Position numbers and translations under genes: made by a program
Notes under the pieces: generated by a model
The model's input: the letters and a program-made list of their open reading frames with translations, nothing else
Database searches by the model: none
Told to the model about the DNA's origin: nothing
From: Candidatus Heimdallarchaeota archaeon
Lineage (GTDB): Archaea; Asgardarchaeota; Heimdallarchaeia; Heimdallarchaeales; Heimdallarchaeaceae
Assembly (NCBI GenBank): GCA_019057375.1
Contig: DXJF01000149.1
Coordinates: forward strand, 1-57,951
DNA length: 57,951 bases
Reading direction: 5' to 3'
Shown: positions 10,536 through 19,350 of the stretch, piece by piece
Layout: every line of letters starts with the position of its first letter
Position numbering within the stretch: the first letter of the stretch is position 1

Positions 10536-11105
10536 ATGGGTGCCGGACAACGGAAAATCTTCAAAATTACCTTGCTTGGGGACGGAGCAGTTGGCAAGAC
10601 AAGTCTTCGAAAAACTTATCTAGGAGAGGGCTTTAAAGATGGATATTCAATGACTATAGGTGCCGACTTCGCCGTTAAACGATTAAGAATAGATGACCAA
10701 GATTTTGTTGCTCAGATTTGGGATTTAGCCGGTCAACAAAGGTTTTCTGCTGTTCGTGAAGTTTATTATCGCGGAACATCTGGATGTTTATTAGTTTTTG
10801 ATATTTCTCGACGTTCAAGTTTTGAAAACATTCCTTCTTGGATAGCAGAACTTCTAAAGAACAACAGTAATAGAGTTGTACCAATAGTTCTCATAGGCAA
10901 TAAAAGCGATCTTCGAGCTACAGCTAAGGATCCAATTATGCGAGAACAATCTGAAGAATATGCACGCAGTCTTTCAGCTTGGTCAGGTTTTACTGTTCCT
11001 TATATTGAAACTTCTGCTAAAACTGGTGAAAATGTTGATGAAGCATTTAAGACCTTGTTAAAGAATATTGTTTTATTTTACGAAAAATTATATGCTCAAC
11101 AATAA
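10536..11105 (+). CDS. Rab-like small GTPase (eukaryotic signature protein)
   Basis: G1 GDGAVGKT, G2 TIG, G3 WDLAGQ, G4 GNKSD, G5 ETSAK; YYRG RabF-like motif; no C-terminal prenylation Cys. Confidence 0.92.
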   Translation: MGAGQRKIFKITLLGDGAVGKTSLRKTYLGEGFKDGYSMTIGADFAVKRLRIDDQDFVAQIWDLAGQQRFSAVREVYYRGTSGCLLVFDISRRSSFENIPSWIAELLKNNSNRVVPIVLIGNKSDLRATAKDPIMREQSEEYARSLSAWSGFTVPYIETSAKTGENVDEAFKTLLKNIVLFYEKLYAQQ

Positions 11106-11133
11106 GGAATTTCCTTTTCTTTTCTTTTGTTTG

Positions 11134-11937
11134 TTACTGATTGTTGATTCGTATATTCATTGTATCCTCATCAAATTCAGTATGAAGTGAAACTGTTCCA
11201 TCTTCATTTACATTTAAAATTTTCATCTGTTCTAGTTCTAAAATATACTTCTTTGTTTGTGAAAGAGAAACCCCAAGTACAAAAGACAGCTGAATTGGAG
11301 CAATTACACCCATTCTTCTAAGAAGATTTATGATGTTAAATCTTGGATCAGTGGTTACTATTCTTTCTAGAATATTTTTTTGCTTCATCCATTTATCCAT
11401 GTCTTCTTTGATTTTCTTCATCTCATCTTCTAATCTCTTTTTTTCTGCCTCAATAGCAACAACTTGGTCTGATAACTCATAAATTAAAGATTCTCTTTCT
11501 TCTAGAAGTAGATTGAGCATATCTTTTTCTCTTTGAAATTCCTCTAAAACACCAGTGTCTATACTCTCGCCACTTTCGGTAGCATCGTTAGATTTTCTTT
11601 GAATCATCCTTCTATCTTGTTGATAAGGAGATACTGAGAACATGCTTGATAAGAAATTAAACAATCGAAAGAATTCTGATTTCATCTCAGCTATTACTAC
11701 GTCTGAAGAGTTTTCCAGAAGTTCACTAACATACTGTATTGCGGGGTCTAATTCTAGAGTTGAAGTCTGATTTTTTTTCTTGGCTTTTTCCGCTTTAGCT
11801 TCTTTTTTTCCTGGTGATTTGAGATTTTCCTTTAATTCTTCAACTTCTTCAGAAAGCTTAGATATTTCTGTAGCGATTTCTTGAAATTCATCATCATTCT
11901 CAGATTTTTTCTCATAATAGTTTTCCATCAAAATCAT
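11134..11937 (-). CDS. Coiled-coil protein with C-terminal winged helix
   Basis: Heptad-rich segments; C-terminal DPRFNIINLLRRMG..APIQLSFVLGVSLSQTKKYILELEQMKIL. Confidence 0.6.
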   Translation of the reverse strand: MILMENYYEKKSENDDEFQEIATEISKLSEEVEELKENLKSPGKKEAKAEKAKKKNQTSTLELDPAIQYVSELLENSSDVVIAEMKSEFFRLFNFLSSMFSVSPYQQDRRMIQRKSNDATESGESIDTGVLEEFQREKDMLNLLLEERESLIYELSDQVVAIEAEKKRLEDEMKKIKEDMDKWMKQKNILERIVTTDPRFNIINLLRRMGVIAPIQLSFVLGVSLSQTKKYILELEQMKILNVNEDGTVSLHTEFDEDTMNIRINNQ

Positions 11938-12768
11938 CTATATTTTTGCAGTTGATTCAATCTTGAAGCCTTCGGCTTCAGAGGGGGTAATATCAAAGTT
12001 CTCACTTACATAGGCTACGCCCATTAATTTTGTAATTGCAAAAGTATCTTGTATTCTGCTTCCGACGGTATTTCTTGAAAAATAAAATATCCCCTGAGCA
12101 GCATTCATGATTATTCTTTCAGCTACAGAATCTAGCACATCTTGAGGTAATAAGAAGAAATGCACACCACCAATCTTAGTTAAAGACATTATTGTTCCTT
12201 TTAGAAATGTGATCAGAGTATTTGAATCTTCATCCAATCTATCTTCTTTCATCCACAATAAATCATCAAAAACACTAAAACATCGTTTATTTTGATTTTC
12301 TTTTACATGAAGCATTCTATCAATAATTTTCTTAACATAAGTTTTTCTTTTTACTTCAATCTTTCCTAGTTTAAGAGAAGAAGCCATTGAAGAGCTGGAA
12401 AGATCAAACATATTTTCAAAATACCAGTTCTTACCTTCGAAAGGTTTCACATCCCACTCATAAGCGTTGAATGAATTTAAAATATGAGCATACGGACGAG
12501 TACTATGAACATAGAAAATTACATTATTAGAGTTTTGAGCCCAATTCAGAAGAATCCTCTGTATAAATAACGTTGGTATCACTGTTTCAGAAGGATAACT
12601 TACCAATATAAGCGATCCTTGGGGTAACCCTTTTCTTGCGGACATCTCCATCCCCAATTTTTGATCAAGTGATCTAATACCAGTTTGAATTAAATCACCT
12701 CTTGCATCCTTTGAGGGGTTTGACTTTCCTATACGTTCTGTCCCCCCAGATGGTGAGTTCATATCCAT
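11938..12768 (-). CDS. KaiC/RAD55-like RecA-fold protein with degenerate Walker A
   Basis: IQTGIRSLDQKLG...GLPQGSLILV start typical of the RAD55/KaiC family, but the P-loop reads SYPSETVIPT (no GKT); FDDL at the Walker B position. Confidence 0.7.
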   Translation of the reverse strand: MDMNSPSGGTERIGKSNPSKDARGDLIQTGIRSLDQKLGMEMSARKGLPQGSLILVSYPSETVIPTLFIQRILLNWAQNSNNVIFYVHSTRPYAHILNSFNAYEWDVKPFEGKNWYFENMFDLSSSSMASSLKLGKIEVKRKTYVKKIIDRMLHVKENQNKRCFSVFDDLLWMKEDRLDEDSNTLITFLKGTIMSLTKIGGVHFFLLPQDVLDSVAERIIMNAAQGIFYFSRNTVGSRIQDTFAITKLMGVAYVSENFDITPSEAEGFKIESTAKI

Positions 12769-12796
12769 TGAACATTCCTCAAATAACTGTAATTAG

Positions 12797-13309
12797 CTAA
12801 AATTGCTCTAGCTCCCGTAATGCAAGTTCTAAATCTGATATAAATTCATCTTGAACCTTCTTCTCTTCTTCAACAACAACAGGTTTGGCAGCTACTATAG
12901 GTTGAACTTCCGGAGCTGGGACGGGTTTTGCTTCAACGTCCAATATATTTCTGATCTTTTCTGCTGCTATTTTCATGGTTCTTCTAACCATTCCAAGAGC
13001 TACACCGGCATCTGTAATTAAGCACACAACTGTACTTCCACAACTTGCTACTAAAATCAAGCCATCTGAAAATTCAGATATAATTATATCTAGCTCAGCT
13101 AATCCAACATTTGTACCTTGCTGTTCACTGGCTAAGTAAACTGCGCTTGCTATAGCTCCAAGAGCTTCTGTTTCAAATTCATCAAAAGCGAATCTTGAAG
13201 AATAAGCCAATGTTAATCCTGTCTTATCAGCTAATATAACGTGATTAATATTAGCATCACTTGTTATAATTTCATGAAGTATTGTATTTATTTGGTCAGC
13301 ACCATACAA
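12797..13309 (-). CDS. Roadblock/LC7 (MglB-like) domain protein with acidic C-terminal tail
   Basis: VILADKTGLTLA...EALGAIASAVY..SEQQG..VGLAEL..IISEF.DG; TTG start at 13309 follows a GGTGA SD-like motif. Confidence 0.85.
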   Translation of the reverse strand: MYGADQINTILHEIITSDANINHVILADKTGLTLAYSSRFAFDEFETEALGAIASAVYLASEQQGTNVGLAELDIIISEFSDGLILVASCGSTVVCLITDAGVALGMVRRTMKIAAEKIRNILDVEAKPVPAPEVQPIVAAKPVVVEEEKKVQDEFISDLELALRELEQF

Positions 13310-13426
13310 GCAAATCACCAAGTATTTTACGACATCTCTTAATGTCTATTTGTTGTTTAATATATTTAAAGATTTCAACAGCTGTAGTCTTACTATCTTT
13401 TATCAAGCAACGTTTTTAAACATGTC

Positions 13427-14119
13427 GTGAAAATTAGCTCCATGATTAAGATATCATATCCCGTAATTATACTGAATTTTAAGAATTATGATCAAACGAT
13501 TGGTAACAAGGGGCTTTATCTTTCCAAGATTGCAGAAGAAGTTGCTAGAGAATTAAGTGTATCAATTGCAGTTTGTCCTCAAACTGTTGACTTAAGGAAA
13601 ATCGCAGAAGAGGTTGATATTCCTGTTTTAGCACAGCATGTAGATGCCACTGATTCTGGAAGTTATACAGGAAATAATCTTATTCAAGCCGTAAAAGAAA
13701 CTGGAGCAATTGGTTCTCTTGTTAACCATTCTGAACATAGATTGAAGTTAGCTGATATTGAGAAAATAGTCGATAAAGCAAATACTCTAGATTTCTTCAC
13801 TTGTGTGTGTTCTAATAATCTCCAAACAAGTAAAGCAATAGCCGCTCTTAATCCAGTAGCTTGTGCTATGGAACCACCTGAACTAATTGGCAGTGGAGTA
13901 TCAGTTACTACACAACCAAGTTTGGTAAAAGACACTATCAAAGCTATTTCTGACATTAATTCAAACGTTCAACCTTTAGTGGGAGCTGGAGTTTCGACCA
14001 ATAAAGATGTTTTTGAAGCTTTGCAATTAGGAGCAAAAGGAGTTCTTTTAGCCTCAGGTTTTGTGAAGGCTAAAGACCCAAAAGAAGTACTAATAGAAAT
14101 GGCAAAAGCAGTTTTGTAA
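13427..14119 (+). CDS. tpiA: Triosephosphate isomerase, archaeal type
   Basis: ILNFKNY, AQHVD, LVNHSE, MEPPELIGSG, VGAGVS, GVLLASG. Confidence 0.95.
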   Translation: MKISSMIKISYPVIILNFKNYDQTIGNKGLYLSKIAEEVARELSVSIAVCPQTVDLRKIAEEVDIPVLAQHVDATDSGSYTGNNLIQAVKETGAIGSLVNHSEHRLKLADIEKIVDKANTLDFFTCVCSNNLQTSKAIAALNPVACAMEPPELIGSGVSVTTQPSLVKDTIKAISDINSNVQPLVGAGVSTNKDVFEALQLGAKGVLLASGFVKAKDPKEVLIEMAKAVL

Positions 14120-14130
14120 ATTTCAGTAAG

Positions 14131-14157
14131 TAAGAGAAATCTAAGAGAAATCTAAGA
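14131..14157. repeat. 11-bp tandem repeat (taagagaaatc x2.5) between convergent genes
   Basis: Read directly from the sequence at 14131-14157. Confidence 0.6.
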
Positions 14158-14161
14158 AAAA

Positions 14162-14641
14162 TCAGTTCTCTACTATTCTCTTCCACATTGTTTTTTCGCC
14201 CTGTTGAATCTGAGTAAGGATTCCAGCATCTGTCATCTGTTCTAAGGATTTGATAAATTCTTCCTTAGAAATTGGAGGATTTCCTTGCTTCAATGCAGCA
14301 AATTGACAAGCAGCAAATATTGCATCTTCAAACATGAATTTAGAAGAACCATAGGATTCAAGAATGATGTCCTTATTTGGAATATCGGGTCCCTTAACTG
14401 CAACCTTTACCTTTGGTGTTTCCTTGACTCCAGTTCCAGGCTTGGGCTTAGAATGCACAACATCAGCAATTAAATCTTTCAAACTCTTCCCTTCAGATTG
14501 TTCACCAAAACCATATAATTCAGCTATCCAATGAATAGCATGATTAACAAATGAATCAATAGATTCAAAATTCTCCTCATTAACGAGTTTCTCTATATAT
14601 TTATACAGTTTTTCAGGAATTTTTGCTTCAAAAGATTTCAT
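14162..14641 (-). CDS. Hypothetical protein: N-terminal ribbon-helix-helix-like domain and C-terminal wHTH-like domain
   Basis: MKSFEAKIPEKLYKYIEKLV....F.SIDSFVNHAI (RHH pattern); C-terminal ISKEEFIKSLEQMTDAGIL..W. Confidence 0.55.
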   Translation of the reverse strand: MKSFEAKIPEKLYKYIEKLVNEENFESIDSFVNHAIHWIAELYGFGEQSEGKSLKDLIADVVHSKPKPGTGVKETPKVKVAVKGPDIPNKDIILESYGSSKFMFEDAIFAACQFAALKQGNPPISKEEFIKSLEQMTDAGILTQIQQGEKTMWKRIVEN

Positions 14642-14880
14642 ACGTTTTGCCCCTATTGAATGTACTTAACGTTAAAATATTCTTCAATCTGTTTTAAATC
14701 TTTTTTATCTAGGTATGATGCCTTAAGAAAGAAATGAAAAAAAAGTATTGATGATGGCGTCCTTTGATCTTTCTATCATGTGTGTGAAGAGCACATCTAA
14801 GCCGTCTCAATCAGTCATTCGCCTAATTATATTAAGAAGCAAATGAAGTATAAATTTTTCTGTAAGAGTTTAAAATTTTA

Positions 14881-15048
14881 TTAAGAGGTTTTACGACCAC
14901 GTTTATACTGGGTGAAACCACATTTTCCACAAGTTTGACGATCTGGATGTTCAGCCATATATACTGCATCTCCACAACGTTCGCAAATCTTTTTTGTTCT
15001 AATTATCTTGTCTCCTTCAGCTTTGTACCTTTTGTGTATTTCGCTCAT
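14881..15048 (-). CDS. rps27ae: Ribosomal protein eS31 (S27ae), not fused to ubiquitin
   Basis: Manual translation of 55 aa: MSEIHKRYKAEGDKIIRTKKICERCGDAVYMAEHPDRQTCGKCGFTQYKRGRKTS; follows rps24e as expected. Below the ORF-track cutoff. Confidence 0.95.
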   Translation of the reverse strand: MSEIHKRYKAEGDKIIRTKKICERCGDAVYMAEHPDRQTCGKCGFTQYKRGRKTS

Positions 15049-15057
15049 AGTTTGCAC

Positions 15058-15354
15058 CTATTCTTTTTTGTCTTCTCTAATACCAGATCTTTTTAGTAAA
15101 TATTCTCTTTCAACTACAATAGCACGTTCTTGAGAATCATAAGCATGAATTATAGCGTGACTGATACCAATTCCATATTTTGCTTGCATTTTAATAAGGA
15201 CAACTTGGTTTTTCTCTCTATTAACCTCAGCTGCAACTCTACCAAGAACAGCATCTCTTGTAGGAACAGGCTCTCCTTGATGTTCAATCTCCACATCAAG
15301 TTCCACCCTATCGAGTAGTTTATTTTCTGTTTTTTTAACGATTTTAATTTTCAT
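15058..15354 (-). CDS. rps24e: Ribosomal protein eS24
   Basis: NKLLDRVEL...PTR..V...YGIG.S..IIHAYDS; conserved gene order. Confidence 0.93.
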   Translation of the reverse strand: MKIKIVKKTENKLLDRVELDVEIEHQGEPVPTRDAVLGRVAAEVNREKNQVVLIKMQAKYGIGISHAIIHAYDSQERAIVVEREYLLKRSGIREDKKE

Positions 15355-15895
15355 TGATTTTCACCATTTTCTGAATTAAGCTCTTCACTTTTTTCTTAAT
15401 TGCTTCTGTGACTGTGACTACTACTAGTCCTTCATTTGGTTGTCCATATAAGACTTTTGAATTATAAGGCGTTTCATATATCGCTGGAAGCACCAGTAAA
15501 TCCTCTTCACCACTTATTTTTATAATGATTTTGATATCATCCTTTTTTAGAACTTTTTGAATCATATTCCATGCTTCTAAAGTAATAGTTCCTGCGGGAT
15601 TTTTTGCTTCTACCACGGTGAATTTAGACATATCTACTATTTCAGCTCTATTTCTTTGAATACGTTCATCAATAATTGCAACATTGGGAATAAGTCCTTT
15701 GTTTAGAAGGGTTTGAGTACTTGCATCTCCAACTGTAATAATCTTACAATCTTCTTGACTTGCTTTTAGAATGTGAATAAAATCCTCAATTTCCTCGTCT
15801 GTACTAAGAATAATATCTAAGGGCTCTTTAAAATAATTTCTTTCATCTTCAGGTAAAATGTAGTAACCCTTATTGAAAAAACCCACTAGTTTCAC
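15344..15895 (-). CDS. GTP-dependent dephospho-CoA kinase (DUF359)
   Basis: ITVGD, IIDERIQR, NPAGTI, GEEDLLVLP, YGQPNEG. Confidence 0.9.
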   Translation of the reverse strand: MKLVGFFNKGYYILPEDERNYFKEPLDIILSTDEEIEDFIHILKASQEDCKIITVGDASTQTLLNKGLIPNVAIIDERIQRNRAEIVDMSKFTVVEAKNPAGTITLEAWNMIQKVLKKDDIKIIIKISGEEDLLVLPAIYETPYNSKVLYGQPNEGLVVVTVTEAIKKKVKSLIQKMVKINEN

Positions 15896-16080
15896 CGAAC
15901 TCTTAGTGCATAGTGTCCTTTCTTGTTAATTTTCATTCTTTGAGATACTTCACTATCTACAGGATTTAAAATAAAAATTTCTCCAGTGTATTCAGAAGAG
16001 AGATCTTGTGTTTTACAACTTGGACAGATATTGGCTGTTTTCTCAGCAATATGGTGACATACTCGACATGCTTTTGACAT
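15892..16080 (-). CDS. spt4: Transcription elongation factor Spt4 (RpoE'')
   Basis: KACRVCH...CPSC...SEVS..M.I.KKG.YALRVR. Confidence 0.93.
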   Translation of the reverse strand: MSKACRVCHHIAEKTANICPSCKTQDLSSEYTGEIFILNPVDSEVSQRMKINKKGHYALRVR

Positions 16081-16081
16081 A

Positions 16082-16657
16082 TTATTTAGCCTCCTCAGCA
16101 TTCTTTTTAGGTTTCTTCAAATCTCTTTTCCATTCTTCTACCCAATCAATTGCTCCAAGAGAATCTTGACGCATAGTTAACCCTACACGAATTGCTGTTT
16201 TGCCTATGCTTACAGCTATTATTCTTGATCGAACTTTTGTATTAACTAATAAATCACGTTTAGATTTATCCCCTCTTAAAACAGCATTCTTTGGAATATA
16301 ACGGAAATAGTCATCTGCAATTTGAGAAACATGACATAGTGCATCAATGGTTCCTATTCTTATAAATGCTCCAAAATCAACACATTCAACTACTTCTCCT
16401 GTTACAATTTCTCCAATTTCTGGTAAATAGCACAATAAACCGAAATCAGTTTCATAATATGCTCCCCCATCTCCTGAAATTAGTTTACCTTGATATATTT
16501 TATTAATCTCTGTAACTGCAACAATAAAGCCCACATCAGGGTCGATTTTACCTTCGAAACTTTCTCTTGCGATTTCTACTAAAACTTGAGAAAGATTTTC
16601 ATCGAATCTGTTTGGAGGTACTCTAAGTGTATCTTTTACTTTAACACTATAATACAA
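16082..16657 (-). CDS. rpo7: RNA polymerase subunit Rpo7 (RpoE')
   Basis: RVPPNRF, GDGGAYY, GEVVECVDFGAFIRIG, GLTMRQ..LG. Confidence 0.95.
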   Translation of the reverse strand: MYYSVKVKDTLRVPPNRFDENLSQVLVEIARESFEGKIDPDVGFIVAVTEINKIYQGKLISGDGGAYYETDFGLLCYLPEIGEIVTGEVVECVDFGAFIRIGTIDALCHVSQIADDYFRYIPKNAVLRGDKSKRDLLVNTKVRSRIIAVSIGKTAIRVGLTMRQDSLGAIDWVEEWKRDLKKPKKNAEEAK

Positions 16658-16786
16658 GACGACATCACTCTCTTTCTTCTACAGTGCTCGTTCTTATCTA
16701 TTGCTTTTAAATATAGTTATATTAAATATTTTTTCTAAACAATTAGAAAGGGGTTGGGGAAAAAATAGTTAAATTTAGATTTTATC

Positions 16787-16815
16787 AAAGTTAGCTGAAA
16801 TAAAAGTTAGCTGAA
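16787..16815. promoter_or_regulatory. Tandem 13-bp direct repeat (aaagttagctgaa, 16-bp period) in the divergent rpo7/aIF2g promoter region
   Basis: Exact copies at 16787-16799 and 16803-16815; degenerate third copy near 16819. Confidence 0.4.
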
Positions 16816-16895
16816 CGTAAAGTTTTTGATGTATTAGTATAGTTTGGGTATCAGTCTTGAATAAATAAGCATTAAAAACTGCAAAATAATTTCAT

Positions 16896-18230
16896 TTGAG
16901 CACTAAGAGAACTATTGAGGAAAAATTTATGAGCGAAGAAGATTCCCCAGAAAAGCAAGAAAGTACCCCCACAACAGCTAAAAAGGAAGAAAAAGTCATC
17001 AGACAACCAGTAGTTAATATTGGGACTATAGGACATGTAGACAATGGTAAATCTACTTTAGTCCAAGCTTTGACAGGCAAATTCCCTGATGATCACTCAG
17101 AGGAGCTTAAAAGAGGGATATCAATAAGATTAGGATACGCAGATACAGAATTTCGCAAGTGCCCTAAGTGTCCTGAGCCCGAAGCTTACACAATCGAAAA
17201 AACATGCCCAAAATGTGGAAAACCTTCTGAATTTTTACGAAGAGTTTCTTTTGTTGATTGTCCCGGACACGAGGTTCTAATGGCAACATTGTTATCTGGA
17301 GCAACATTAATGAATGGTGCAATCCTTCTGATAGCTGCAAACTCAAAATGCCCACAACCACAAACAAGAGAACATCTTGCAGCGATGGAGATTCTTAAAA
17401 TACAAAATATAGTCGTTGTTCAGAATAAAATTGAACTTGTAAGTGAAGAAGAGGCTGAAAGAAATTATAAAGAAATTCAAGATTTTATTAAAGGAACTAT
17501 TGCTGAAAACGCTCCAATAATACCAATGAGTGCAATGCATAAAGCAAATCTAGATGTTTTAATTTGTGAAATTGAAAAAAACATTCCTACACCAGATTTA
17601 GACATTGACAGTCCTCTGGAAATGCATGTTGCTAGATCTTTTGATATAAATAGACCTGGAACAAAAATCAATAAAATAAAGGGAGGAGCTCTTGGGGGAA
17701 CAATAATCAAAGGACAAATCAGAGTAAATGAAGAAATAGAAATTGTGCCAGGTTTACCAGTAAAAAAGACAAATAAAGTAGTTTACACGCCAATAAGGAC
17801 CAAAATTACTAGTATAGCAATAGGAGAGCAAGGTCTTGTTGAAAACGCCCATTCTGGTGGCCTTGTTGCCATTGGAACAGAATTAGACCCTTCGTTTGTA
17901 AAAGCAGATAGAATGGCAGGTAATGTTATTACCGCTCCTGGTCATGCTCCTGAAATTCTTTCAGAACTAAAATTAAAATTTCAGTTAATGGAATTTGTAG
18001 TAGGCTCAGAAGAAATAACAAAGGTTCAACCATTAGCCCAAGGTGAGACTTTGATGTTAAATGTTGGAACTGCAAAAACTGCAGGAGTAATATCTGAAAT
18101 TAAAGGGAAGGAAGCTTCCATAAAACTTAATCGTGAAGTAGCAGCAAGAGAACAAAACAAAGTAGCTATCTCAAGAAGGATATCAGGTAGATTCCGTCTA
18201 ATAGGGGTTGGCGAAGTACTTAAGCCGTGA
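16896..18230 (+). CDS. eif2g: Translation initiation factor aIF2 gamma subunit (start TTG 16896 or ATG 16929)
   Basis: NIGTIGHVDNGKST, RGISIRLGY, CPKC zinc knuckle, FVDCPGHE, QNKIE, RRISGRFRLIG. Confidence 0.96.
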   Translation: MSTKRTIEEKFMSEEDSPEKQESTPTTAKKEEKVIRQPVVNIGTIGHVDNGKSTLVQALTGKFPDDHSEELKRGISIRLGYADTEFRKCPKCPEPEAYTIEKTCPKCGKPSEFLRRVSFVDCPGHEVLMATLLSGATLMNGAILLIAANSKCPQPQTREHLAAMEILKIQNIVVVQNKIELVSEEEAERNYKEIQDFIKGTIAENAPIIPMSAMHKANLDVLICEIEKNIPTPDLDIDSPLEMHVARSFDINRPGTKINKIKGGALGGTIIKGQIRVNEEIEIVPGLPVKKTNKVVYTPIRTKITSIAIGEQGLVENAHSGGLVAIGTELDPSFVKADRMAGNVITAPGHAPEILSELKLKFQLMEFVVGSEEITKVQPLAQGETLMLNVGTAKTAGVISEIKGKEASIKLNREVAAREQNKVAISRRISGRFRLIGVGEVLKP

Positions 18231-18236
18231 AATCAC

Positions 18237-18623
18237 ATGTTAATTATTATAGATTCTAGCATGCTAATGCTTCCTCTTGAAAAAAAGATAAATTTATCTT
18301 ATGAGATAGAACGATTGGTGCAAACAAGTTTTGAAATTGTTGTACCACAAATTGTTTTTGATGAATTAGAGAGATTATCAGAAAAAGAAAGCCCTTCTAT
18401 TAAGCAAAAGGCAAAACTAGCATTAGAATTGGCTAACGGGTTTGTAAAAATAGAATCAAACACTAATTGCCATGCTGATGAAGAAATATTACGATTGGCA
18501 TTAGAAAAAAAAGCAATTGTTGCCACAAACGATACTGAGCTGCGTTTGAGGTTACGGGAGAAGGGGATTGTAGTTATTTCTTTACGTGGGAAGAATAAGC
18601 TTTCTTTGTTCGGTGATATCTAG
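18237..18623 (+). CDS. PIN-domain ribonuclease (Utp24/Fcf1-like)
   Basis: IIIDSS, VFDEL, ADEEI, VATND; conserved position after aIF2g. Confidence 0.88.
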   Translation: MLIIIDSSMLMLPLEKKINLSYEIERLVQTSFEIVVPQIVFDELERLSEKESPSIKQKAKLALELANGFVKIESNTNCHADEEILRLALEKKAIVATNDTELRLRLREKGIVVISLRGKNKLSLFGDI

Positions 18624-18764
18624 GAGAACGAAGCTAAGATTTAGCGCGGTATAAATCACAAATTTTAATTAGATTGTGTTATTGTGTTTTTCAATCCTTA
18701 TTTGAAAGCAAATATTGGATTAAGAATGAGATAAAGATTATTACAGCTATATGGGGTTATATGA

Positions 18765-19331
18765 ATGGAAATTGAAAGTTTATTTCCTGAAATTAAAGAA
18801 ATCAAGAATATTGATTTGCTGAATAAGGTAGCGAAATCTCTTGAAAAAGCAATTCAACAAGGTGGATGGAGCACACAAGATCTTCACAAAATTCCTTTCA
18901 CACTGTTAATTCCCGACTTAGTCAATGAAGATCTTACAGTGAAAATATCAATTATAGATCATATTCGAGCTGTAACACAGATGTGTTTAGCCACTTATGA
19001 AAGATATGAGATGCTTGGTCTTGGAGATAAGTTAAATAGAGATGAGCTAATCGCAGGTGGATTACTACACGATGTAGGAAAATTCATCGAGTATGAAAAA
19101 GACGAAACTGGACATATAATTCAGACAGCGGAAGGAAAATACTTACGTCATCCAGCGATGGGTCTTGAATTAGTTTATGAATATTCTTTACCACTGATTG
19201 TTAGACAAGCTATTGTTTTTCACAGTAAAGAAGGAGATAAAATTCCTAGATTAAAAGAAGTAGAAATTATTCATCGCTGTGATTTTCTTTGTTTTGCTCC
19301 AATAAAACAAATATTTGAAGAAAATAAATGA
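18765..19331 (+). CDS. HD-domain metal-dependent phosphohydrolase
   Basis: DHIRAV, GGLLHDVGK, LRHP, FHS, HRCD. Confidence 0.85.
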   Translation: MEIESLFPEIKEIKNIDLLNKVAKSLEKAIQQGGWSTQDLHKIPFTLLIPDLVNEDLTVKISIIDHIRAVTQMCLATYERYEMLGLGDKLNRDELIAGGLLHDVGKFIEYEKDETGHIIQTAEGKYLRHPAMGLELVYEYSLPLIVRQAIVFHSKEGDKIPRLKEVEIIHRCDFLCFAPIKQIFEENK

Positions 19332-19350
19332 GGAAAAGGTGTTTTTTAAA

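Noticed and set aside
14700-14870. Slightly GC-richer intergenic patch with TGATGA as a C/D-box sRNA
   Set aside because: No properly placed CTGA D box or terminal stem; guide lengths do not fit.
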